From Bugula neritina (lineage: Eukaryota; Animalia; Bryozoa): DNA of 64,000 bases. Positions 38,714-49,100 of the stretch are shown here, piece after piece. The number at the start of each line of letters is the position of its first letter. The stretch's first letter is position 1. A program made the translations under genes and the position numbers. The notes under the pieces were generated by a model that did no database searches, had not been told where the DNA came from, and saw only the letters and a list, made by a program, of their open reading frames with translations. Where the stretch lies: assembly GCA_964035545.1 (NCBI GenBank), contig OZ037765.1:12472698-12536697 (forward strand), written 5' to 3'.

Positions 38714-41700
38714 GCGTTAACCGCCGAGGGCCTTGCTCTTTATCGATGAGCGAGGTTCTGAGCGGTGCATGCGTACCGCGGGATAGCTTGGCGCTATCTG
38801 GGGCAATTAGTAGGACTACCACAAGTAGCCGTATGCCCGTCATTCAGGCAGTGCTGAACGGCCGTTGTTTCTCGTGTCTTGTCGACACTGGAAGCGAGCG
38901 GACTCTGGTAAGTCCGCGGGTGGTTGGTGGGAAACGGCTCAAAGCAGGCCGGCCGTTATTAACGGCTGATGGCAGTGCCTCTCACGTGGAGGGCACTTGC
39001 CGAGTTACCGTTGGACTGCAGGGACACTGCTTCAGTGTCTCGGCTCCTGTCATGAGCGAGTTGGGGAACCTTGGCGTTGATTGCCTCATTGGTGGTGATG
39101 CCATCGACCATATGGGAGGTGTGACTGTCAGGAGAGGCTCTGACTCGCGATACTCTGTTGTCTGGGGAAAGCAGAGTTCAGCTGGCTGCTGTGACTTTCC
39201 TCGTCAGAAAGTTGCCAGCCCAGGCCTGGCCTGTGGGGCTACGACAGCTGTCAATGATAGTCGTAGCAGTGACTTGGGGTCGCTGCGAGTGGAGGATCCC
39301 GATTTCGTGGCCAATTTCGACAATGGTCGATGGACCGTCAGTTGGCGGTGGACCGGGGAGTCTCCATCAAAGCTCCAAACTCGTGTGTCAGAGTACAGGT
39401 GTACTCAGGCGCCTCAGATTCATGAACGCTACTGCGCAGAGCTGGAGAGCTGGATCTCCAAGGGTTGGTTAAAGCGATGGGATGGCCCAGTTGAAGGGGT
39501 TATCCCTTTGCTTGCAGTGTTCCAGCCAACTAAGGACAAGGTGCGGCCGGTCATGGACTACCGTGAGCTGAACAACTACGTGGAATCTCACACTGGCGAT
39601 GACAAGGTTGCGGTGTGTAGTGAAAAGATTAGAAAGTGGAGACAGTTGAAAGGTAACCTCCGAGTTGTGGATCTGAAGTCAGCCTATCTTCAAATTCACA
39701 TAGCCAAAGATCTGTGGAAGTACCAGGTCGTTAGACATAAGGGGGTGCACTACGCCCTGACTCGGCTCGGTTTTGGACTGTCGTGCGCTCCCAGAATTAT
39801 GACTTCGATTCTTGGTAAAGTACTGTCGATGGACGACCGGGTTCGTCGGGCAACGGACCACTACATTGATGACATAGTGGTGCAGGAGTCTGTTGTCGGT
39901 GCTGAGGAAGTACGAAAGCATCTAGCCAAGTATGGGCTCGAGACTAAAGAGCCGGAAAGTCTTGATGGAGGTCGACTGTTGGGAATTGCCCTTAAAAGCG
40001 ACAGTCGCGGAGAACTACGAATGATGAGGGCAACAGCCCTCTCAGAGATCCACTTGAAGCCAAAAAGCCTCACAAAGCGTGGCCTCTTCTCCCTTTGTGG
40101 TCGGTTGGTCGGTCACTATCCGGTGGCCGGATGGCTCCGTATGCACTGCAGCTTCCTCAAACGATTAGGATGTGGTGGGGGTTGGGATGCTCCTGTTGGA
40201 AATGCTGTCAGCAATCTGGCTGCAGAGTTGCTGAACAGAGCTAAGCGAGAGGACCCTGTGCGGGGGTGCTGGCGAGTGAATCCAGGGGGATCTGTTACAG
40301 TGTGGACAGATGCTAGCTCCATAGGGATAGGCGTGGTCCTGGAGGTAGATGGCAATGTTGTAGAGGATGCGTCATGGCTACGGAAGGAGTCCGATCATTC
40401 CCATATCAATGTTGCCGAGTTGGAGGCTGTGGCTAGAGGAATCAACCTGGCGGTCACGTGGGGGTTTAAAACCTTCACGCTAGCAATCGACTCGCTCACG
40501 GTCGTCAACTGGATGGGAAACACTGTTGACGCCCGTAGTCGCGTAAGAACAAAGAGTGCTGCAGAGATGCTCATAAAGCGTCGTTTGGGTGTAATCCGAG
40601 ACACGATCACCGAGTTCGACCTTGAAATATCAGTTCGTTTTGTGCCGACGGCAGAAAACAAAGCTGATTGCATGACTAGGGTGGCTAAGCAGTGGCTTGG
40701 GAGCCGTGGACTTGGCAGCACCGACATGCAGGTGATTGCAGCACTTTCAACAGGGGAAAGTGTGGAAGATGCCATTTGGGCGGCGCACCTGCCTCATCAT
40801 TTAGGCGTTGATCGGACGCTTTACCTTGCTCGACAAATTCGTAGAGATCTGTCCAGAGAGCAAGTGAAGTGCGAGTTGGCTGGGTGTGAGACATGCCAGA
40901 GGGTCGACCCCGCCTTAAGGTCTGAGAACATTGTCCCGACAGGAAGCTTGTCAGTAGAAGGAAATTGGCAGAGAGTTGCGATTGATGTAACCCACTACGA
41001 TGGCAGACTGTTTCTGTCGATGGTCGACTGTGGTCCGTCGCGACTGGCCATCTGGCGACGTCTTCAGAGTGAGTCTGCAGAAAAAATTGTTGCTCAATTG
41101 CGCAGCGTTGTGATTGAGCGAGGGCCATGTGAAGAGTTGCTCTTGGACAACTCCATGGCATTCAGGTCAGCATCTGTTGAGGAGTTTGCTGACGAGTGGG
41201 GAATATCTCTTCGATTCAGAGCCGCTTACGCCCCGAGCGGCAACGGGATTGTCGAGAGAAACCACCGGACAATCAAAAGGATTGCGGAGAGAGGGGGGAT
41301 TTCTCCCGAAGAAGCCACATTCTGGTATAATGTGACACCCAGGAAGGACGCAGATGAAGGTTCGGTGCCTTCTAACGTACTCTTTCGATACCCTTGGCGG
41401 GTACCATTTGATATTAATACCACAGAAGCTGGCGTTTGTGGTGACTGTAACTTCGCCATTGGCGATGAAGTCTGGCTGAAGCCACCAACACCCTCGTGCA
41501 CCAGGCAGTGGGCACTCGGTGAGGTCACCGGGGTTGTATCAAGACACACAGTGTGTGTGAATGGGGTACCACGGCATGTCAGAGACGTGCGAAAGCGTCG
41601 CCATGGTGGAGAGCTTGCTCAGCACGGTGGAAGGCGCCATCAGGGTGGCCTCTCTGCTCGTGTTGATGATCAGCATATACCCTATGCTGGGCCTCCAGGG

Positions 41701-41967
41701 GATCTGCCGTTAGTGTTGAGCGAGGAGCATGGCGAGGAGGCCAATGCGGGTCAGTATGCTATTCGGGAAGACCCAGCCCAACCCGATGCTGATGTGAATG
41801 GTGTAAGGTGTCCAGAACGCCCCACCGAACAGGTTGGAGTTGATGCTGAGGAGAGCGAGAATGCAGATGTGCCGCTGCTCCATCATGGACGGCCGCAACG
41901 TGTGCGGCGGCGACCTGCGTACTTGGCTGATTATGTTGATTGGCCAGAGGTCGTGGCGTCTCCATAG
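38644..41967 (+). CDS. pol: Pol (protease, RT, RNase H, DDE integrase), -1 frame relative to gag
   Basis: The frame is open from 38644. Motifs: LVDTGS; VDLKSAY...YIDD; TDAS...HINVAELEAV; HLPHH...CETC, IDVT, LLDN, VERNH. Confidence 0.95.
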   Translation, partial: PAGFSGGGCNSGRRILQHGYHSLGVNRRGPCSLSMSEVLSGACVPRDSLALSGAISRTTTSSRMPVIQAVLNGRCFSCLVDTGSERTLVSPRVVGGKRLKAGRPLLTADGSASHVEGTCRVTVGLQGHCFSVSAPVMSELGNLGVDCLIGGDAIDHMGGVTVRRGSDSRYSVVWGKQSSAGCCDFPRQKVASPGLACGATTAVNDSRSSDLGSLRVEDPDFVANFDNGRWTVSWRWTGESPSKLQTRVSEYRCTQAPQIHERYCAELESWISKGWLKRWDGPVEGVIPLLAVFQPTKDKVRPVMDYRELNNYVESHTGDDKVAVCSEKIRKWRQLKGNLRVVDLKSAYLQIHIAKDLWKYQVVRHKGVHYALTRLGFGLSCAPRIMTSILGKVLSMDDRVRRATDHYIDDIVVQESVVGAEEVRKHLAKYGLETKEPESLDGGRLLGIALKSDSRGELRMMRATALSEIHLKPKSLTKRGLFSLCGRLVGHYPVAGWLRMHCSFLKRLGCGGGWDAPVGNAVSNLAAELLNRAKREDPVRGCWRVNPGGSVTVWTDASSIGIGVVLEVDGNVVEDASWLRKESDHSHINVAELEAVARGINLAVTWGFKTFTLAIDSLTVVNWMGNTVDARSRVRTKSAAEMLIKRRLGVIRDTITEFDLEISVRFVPTAENKADCMTRVAKQWLGSRGLGSTDMQVIAALSTGESVEDAIWAAHLPHHLGVDRTLYLARQIRRDLSREQVKCELAGCETCQRVDPALRSENIVPTGSLSVEGNWQRVAIDVTHYDGRLFLSMVDCGPSRLAIWRRLQSESAEKIVAQLRSVVIERGPCEELLLDNSMAFRSASVEEFADEWGISLRFRAAYAPSGNGIVERNHRTIKRIAERGGISPEEATFWYNVTPRKDADEGSVPSNVLFRYPWRVPFDINTTEAGVCGDCNFAIGDEVWLKPPTPSCTRQWALGEVTGVVSRHTVCVNGVPRHVRDVRKRRHGGELAQHGGRRHQGGLSARVDDQHIPYAGPPGDLPLVLSEEHGEEANAGQYAIREDPAQPDADVNGVRCPERPTEQVGVDAEESENADVPLLHHGRPQRVRRRPAYLADYVDWPEVVASP
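38650..38692 (+). promoter_or_regulatory. -1 programmed ribosomal frameshift signal
   Basis: G GGT TTT heptamer in the gag frame (38650-38656), 5-nt spacer, and perfect 9-bp stem GGAGGATGC/GCATCCTCC (38662-38670 / 38684-38692). Confidence 0.85.
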
Positions 41968-43125
41968 TAGCTTTGTAAGAAGCTAGGGGAGATGTGGGCT
42001 GTAAGTATGCCGATGCCGTTAGCGGCGCAGCAAGATAGAGTGCTTAGGTACACAGCAGGGGTCAAGGACTTCTCCTCGTGCTGCGCTGCGAGATAAAAGC
42101 CTCTATCAATCGTGTGACAGTGTTGGACTGAGAACGTTTATATCTATTAGAGAGTTTAGCAAATTCAAGTTTCTGGTCATTGTATTCTGGGCGAATACGG
42201 TGATTTGCTGGGCAGATCACGGGTGGAGATTGGGGTGACTAAGGGGTGGTTTGGAGGTCACGGTGACAGCTTGGGGCTGTCGATATATTATTATTCGTAT
42301 TATTATTATAATTATTATTATAATCATTATTATAAGTTACTGCTAGTCTCCGTTATTTGTTTTGAGTTTGACTCTCATATTAATTTGCACTTGCAGGTAA
42401 CAATAATTACAATTATATCATATTGATAATCAATATGATTATGAAAACAGAATATAAGTATCACAATGTGAATGTCGTCAGTTACTGTTGGCACAATCAA
42501 AATAGTCAATACTGTGTTATGGTAAGCCTATACACAATTAATATCAATATCATTATGGTTATAATGCTTTGTCTTACTATTATCTATAACTCCTAGCATC
42601 ATTATAGGTATTATTATGTGCCAATTGCCTGTCACTCTAGAATTTCGAACTTATATAATATTTTCATCAAATCTAACAGCTACACTGACTAAATTTTTAA
42701 AATTTTCAATAAAATGGGGATATCGTTGTTCTGTGAGCCTTTAAATCATGCTGTTGAAAGATTACGAGTTTATAAGTAGTCTTTTACTTTCTAGCATTGT
42801 AAATTGTCTGCTTAAGATAATACCTGAAAGTTCAAATTGGAAATCATTTGTTACACTATAACCATGCTACTGCTGAGCATGAAAATGTGGTTCTGTAGAT
42901 AAATGATTTTCATACCATAATTTCTAGCAGCATCACATCAAAACCTTTTTGTGGTGTCAGTTTTAATTGATTGTCAGTTTTTATAATTGTTGCTATTTTA
43001 AGTGTGTTCCTAGAATTTAAAAGCAAATGCAAATAAATGTAGATAAAACTCGCTCTAATATAACTTAATGACCCTTGTCATGTCTCTGCAGGTATTTTTT
43101 GCATAGAGGAAGTAAGACAACTAAA

Positions 43126-46100
43126 ATGGGCACAGTTATCACTACTTTGTCATCACAAGACCTGTCTACACTAGGACTGGTTATAGTGACTCTTATACTG
43201 ACATACTACTTCTATGCTAGAACTAGTACTAAACAGCGCTACCCACGTGGACCTCCTACTATTCCTATACTTGGAAATCTTCCTCAGCTTCTTATGTCCA
43301 AGGATATGAATATGATATACTTTTTAGAAGATAGTCGTAAGAAGTATGGAAATGTAAGCTGAAAACATATATTGCACTTTTGAAACTGATATTTTAAAGC
43401 ATTTAATCGTGTTGGTACCATATACCAAGTTTCAGTTACTTCAAATCTACTGAGTACTCTTTACTGATTTTCTTGTTGAAATCATTTAAGGATGCAAAAA
43501 GTAACTTGGCGCCACAAGTAGAAAAGTGTACACTATACGCGAATTTTATGCGTTGAGATTGCTGAACAACAAGTTTAAATATTTTCTGCTGTCGTTACTT
43601 AATTGGCTGGCCTTATTTAGCGAGCCCACTTTGCTTTAGTGCTACGAATTACAAGCATTGGCATCACTGCATGATTCAGCATTCTAAATGCGTGTAATTA
43701 GTGTACATTGGACACCTTTTTCTACCTATGGTGCAAATTATCGTTTGTGAAAAAACCCTCGTGTGGCCTTACACTAATACAAAACTCTCTTTGAGATTAT
43801 GCCCTATAATCATTGTCATATGTAGTGTCTCGATTTTGTGCAACTATTGACACTGTTGAAAGTTTTTATTCTAAAGAGCTATTTAGGATCAATTAAAACT
43901 ATTGCACAAGGAGGTATTCTTGAAAATTGAGCTCTCTTCTATTTTTTATGCAATTTATATCCTTTTGAGACCCGAAAAGTTTCAGTGGGAAAATAGCAGT
44001 GAGAACCAATTTTTAATTACTTTTTCATGCAAACACAAAATCATAATTTTTCATAAAATTTGTTTGTTATTTTTACTGTAATAAGGCGTCCCCTGTGGGG
44101 AACGCCGCTACTCAGTTACTAGAAATTAGTGAAATATATTTGAGCTAGTACAATGTCATTTTTAACTCAAAATGAGTCATCTGGATTACTTTTTGTGGAA
44201 CAAGAGAAAACAGTTTCTACTTACATTAATGCACAAAAACCATTGCATTTTGTGCAGCGCACACTGGTTTTGTCGGGGCAGCCTTTTCTCCTGCAGTGAG
44301 CACTGTTCGAAAGCTTAATAAACTCTGGCAGGTGTTTAGCTCCTCTACTTCTGCAATTGATTGGTAGCGGCACTGGAACTCTGTGTTTGCTTGTCTCACC
44401 CTCATCTGTATCACTACAAGTACTATCTCCAGCTGTAGCAAGCAGTTGCTTCCCCATTAGAAACCTGTAGTCACACAACTGCACAGACTTGTTTGCTGGG
44501 TTTGCAGCTCTATGTATTAGCCAGCAGTTTTTTACAGCTAAATTCAGCAAATGCATAATGACTCAACTGGCCAGCTCTTGCACCTTGCCGTCAGTTTATA
44601 GTATATAATAGCTTGGTCACAGAGATCGACGCCGCCCATTGATGTATTGTATCAACCAACAACTGCTGGTCTTGGGATGGTAATGTATTCTTTTTTATGC
44701 TTGCACCATCTTTGACAGTCCTCTACAGGTTCTAATCCATGCAATGATGATGCCATTAAAATCCCTTTGGTGTCAAACCGTTTCACCATGCTGATCGGTT
44801 CATCATCTTTGGCGTTTGTTATAAACTGCTCCATAGATCCTCCTCTTTTAGCCTTCATCTGCTTGACTGATAAAAATTGCACAGGTACATATTTCGGGCT
44901 TATTGTTCCTGTTAGCGAAATGTTTGCATGTGCAAAGTGTTCGATCAATGGGATAGTTGTGAAAAATCGATCACAGAACACATGTTTCCCTGGTCCTAAG
45001 CCATTGGTTGGTTGCAGTACAGCTCCCACTATTTGTCCTCCTGATCCATCTCCCAACTTAAAATCTTAAATTGACCCCTCTCCTTGGTAAATTTCAAAGT
45101 CGTAAACTACACCATTACAGCCTGCAAGAACCAAGTTTTTTAAACCTGTTGGGTATGGATTTCGTGGTACTTATTGTCTTGTGGGGCGTCTACCAGAAAA
45201 TGAGATCATCTGCTCATCTATACTCGTGTTGCTTTCTATTAGTAATTTATTGCAGACCTCACGGATATGTTTAACATAAGGTGTTATTTTCCATGACCTG
45301 TCTGATGTCTTCATTTCTGCTGTTACAAGAGTGTTGTCTACCACTTATAGGTTGCTTCTAATCTTGAAAAATCGATCCCTTCGCATAGCATTAGCAATAA
45401 TTGGGATGCTAGTTAGTCTTTCTTTAGCCGTTTCATGTTGATGCAGCCCATCAACAAACAAATACCAAAGAAAACTTCAGTTTTAGCAGGAGTAACTTCA
45501 AGATATTTCCTAATGTTTTGAGCATGATAGCGATTTGTTAGGTCAGCCATCAAAGAAAAAACGTCATCAATGAAGTATTTCTTAAGTTCTCCCACCGCAC
45601 TGTTATCTGTTTGAATTGGTAAAGGCTGTGTTGATTGCTCAAATTTACTAGTAAAATGAGTGCTTTTTTTGAAGAAGTAAACTTTTTTTGTTGTTTTTTT
45701 TATTTCTTAGCGGGTTTTGGTTGAAATTTTTCATAGTCTCGGGGTCAACAGATTGAGTGTCAGAGCAGGTAGGTTCAAAGTCACAGTCACCATCACTGTC
45801 ATTTGAACAAAAATCTGTCAGAATTGTCAAGCATGTCCGACATATGAATAGCATCATTTGTTGAGAGATTTTTTGAGATCCGGTGGCGTGATCCTTAAAA
45901 CAAAGTCAAAATAAGTACGATATGCAAGTATTTAAATGATTAGGCAAGAAAAAATCAACCAAAATTGATAGTCTAAAACATTACTTAGAAGTAAAATATT
46001 GAAAAAGTAAAAAAAACAAGATCTAGTGAACTATTAGATGCCTTTAAAGACATTGAACTCAATCGTACTTTTTACTGAAGTTGTAGTCGTTAGATCCCCA

Positions 46101-49100
46101 TGTCCTGCTCAGGGGACATAAAAAAAAGATTAATAAAACTAAAACAAAGAGTGATATCTGGTATATTTTAAAATTAAAGTGTGCAGAACCGTGTTATAAA
46201 CAAGAATAGATGATCAAAAATCTTGTTAACTTGACTTATGGGATTAAAATATCTTTTACCTGTAGAAGTTGAATCACATGTTCTATCTTTCTGGGAAGCC
46301 ATTTTGTAGTTCTTGCAGCGCTTTGATAAAAAAGGGTGGAAAGACAAAACCAAAAGGAAACAACTCCCCAATTGTCCCTTGAAAGAGCTCAATGCAATGC
46401 AGAGCAAAGTGAATAAAAGTATTGTACGATAAAGTTTTATTTAACTCTTCCATTACTATTAGTTTCATGGGCATTATATATACACACAATCATCAGATAA
46501 AATGTGAAAATGTAATACAGTAAGATTAAAAATACATACTAGATATATGAAAGAATATGTGACTGCTGCTGTCATTTTTGGTTTCTTGGGGAGGGGATCA
46601 TCCAAGTTTTTTACTTTTTAATATTACTGTACCCGAGATACGCCAGCCTATACACAAAGAGGTTCAGAAGAGTTAATAGAGGTGGTTTTTAATGCTGATA
46701 ATGAAAAAAATAATTAAATACTCACATCTGCTATATTTTAATAAATATTTTAGATCGGAGTTCAGTCTAATTAGAACAACTTCATTGTTGACAACCACTA
46801 TTAATCGCCAGTGTAAACTTGGCCAATTATTTCATTCTTTGTTTGCATCTCCGCTGTGCTGTCTTCATTTTCTCTATCTACAGTATACAGCAGCTTTACC
46901 TACCAGCTCTGATTTACTTGAATATTTTAGTTGAAAACAAATTCACCAGGTGGCCAACCATGTACGTCAATCTGCAAGCTCACCTTCCGGTATGGGACAC
47001 ACTAGATCATGAGTTTCAGGACTGCAAAATTCTCTTATCTCCTTTGCTAACTACTGTTGACATTCCTTAGGTAATCCTGCTTGCACAATTTCTTTTGGCA
47101 TACCGGTGGGAAGTTTAGTTTGAGTCATTAGCTGATGATCAATTGAATCCACTATCATGAAACATTTCTGCTGTCAGTACACCTAACAAAATAATATAAT
47201 GACAGTAATGCAGCAACGAGCAAACAAATAACTAGCTGGACATATGGAAACGCAAACTTACCAGGTTTGTTGCTAGGCATGCAAAACTGGTGGTATTTCT
47301 CAATTCCTTGAAACCTGCGGCACACAAGAAATGAATTCAGTCATACACCGGTGCAATTACTGTTCCCTATTGGTCTCCAACTAATTGAACATGATTTCCC
47401 TTAGCTGAGCTTGTCACAGCCTACAAATAAATGATCTTGCTTAGCTTAGATCTTCTTGCTGTCCTTAGCTTAAGAGCGCACATTAGAACTGAAACTTAGT
47501 ATAAATATTTCATGCACCCAAATTTTGCTGTATACAAAAATTTAAGTACAACATTGCTTCTCGAATTCCATCAAGTGATGACAGCCTGGTATTGCATGTC
47601 TTCTTTTTAAGTAACCAAAGTGCATGTCGCAGTAGAACTTGGTGTGGCCAGCGATGAGAAAGTTCATTTCTATTGAGGTACATTGGTACATCTTCAAATA
47701 AGGTAACTCATCATTACTTTGGCCCCTGAAAAATCAATGCAAATGCTATAAACTCTAGATACCGAAAAATATCACGATAAAAACTAGAAATAATACCAAG
47801 TCTTATACACTGTTAGATATGTGTAATAAAAAGTCCCGCAGTGGTCAGCATGTAGAATTATCCTTTGCTCTTTCAGACCCCAGCTCTCAAAGAAATGGTT
47901 GCGGTATGATACAACAGCATTTGTGTCTTTGGTAATCATTACCGATCATCTATCAGGTAATTCACCTGAGTTGACAGTGAAGGCAGCAAGCGCCAAATTT
48001 TGCAAATTTCCTAGGAGTTTTAAAGTAAATTGGGCTTGGCTGGTGAGGGTCATATGGTTAGTGGATCTGCATAAACAGACTAACTTTATAATGACCCAAT
48101 GATTTACCTACCGAGGTTTCTAAAATTTAATACAAGCATATGATAGGGCAAGATCTGCTTGATGTTTCACTAGAAATTTTATATTTACTTGTTGGAGATA
48201 GTCGAAGCAGTAATGTCTAACCTCTGGTCCAGATTTATGTGGGCAGGTATTCCGGGTCAGGGTTTTGATTGAGTCAGGTAAAACCATGGAAGCCAGCTCA
48301 ATGCAATTATTCATGTGCACCTGAGCTTTAGTAGAGCATTCTAGATGCAACTTTTGCTTGGTTGTATGGTCTTCTCTTCCAGCTTCCGAATGATTCATTA
48401 AACTACAAGGCATAATATTATCAAATCAAATAGCTAAAATACCTACTGCAACTGCGAATATTTCAAAAATAGTTCATTGAAACTCACAGGTTATAATTGT
48501 AGTTATGCTGCTGGCAAGTCCAGCACAGATCTGTTGTAAGCCTAGATATGATAATAGTGGGCAACACATCTTCCCACACTATTCTAAACGACATCAATGC
48601 ACGAAAAGTTTTACCAGCTGCACGACAACTATCAAAGTAGTCCCAGTAAATAGACTTCACAGTTGAATCAGAAGGCAAGACCTGGACATCAGTTTTAGAG
48701 AATCCTAGAAAATAAACCAACTCCGTATGACTGCTATGTTTTATCCATATCACAGCGACAAAACTAACTATTATGCTCACTGTACCTGGTACACGTCCAG
48801 GAAGAGCTAAGGCATGTATGCTGGCTACAGACTTGAGAAAGTCAATGATAGATTGTGCTTCCTCAAACGTGATTGATTTGTTGTTATGCTCTTTGTAACT
48901 CATGTGACGTGGTACAACGCCTTTTTCTTTGTAGTGCTGCGTCAATTTTGAGAGTATTGCGAGACACGCAGTTGATGTAGCAGAATGTATTTCTGCAAAT
49001 TGCTGATCTTACAAGCAACTGTTGGTATAAACTACAATCAGTAGATACGCAGCATTCTTAATTTCGGAAGCCTTACCGTTTTTGTTACTACAAAAAATTC

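Larger units (their letters stand above)
37100..42402 (+). mobile_element. Intact young LTR retrotransposon (Gypsy domain order PR-RT-RH-IN)
   Basis: 410-bp LTRs 37100-37509 and 41993-42402 (TG...CA), with no difference seen by eye; TSD ATAAT; PPT AAGAAGCTAGGGGAGA 41977-41992; open gag and pol. Confidence 0.97.

Noticed and set aside
37678-41965. Numerous minus-strand and alternate-frame ORFs within gag/pol
   Set aside because: Expected by chance in GC-richer coding DNA; no recognisable domains.
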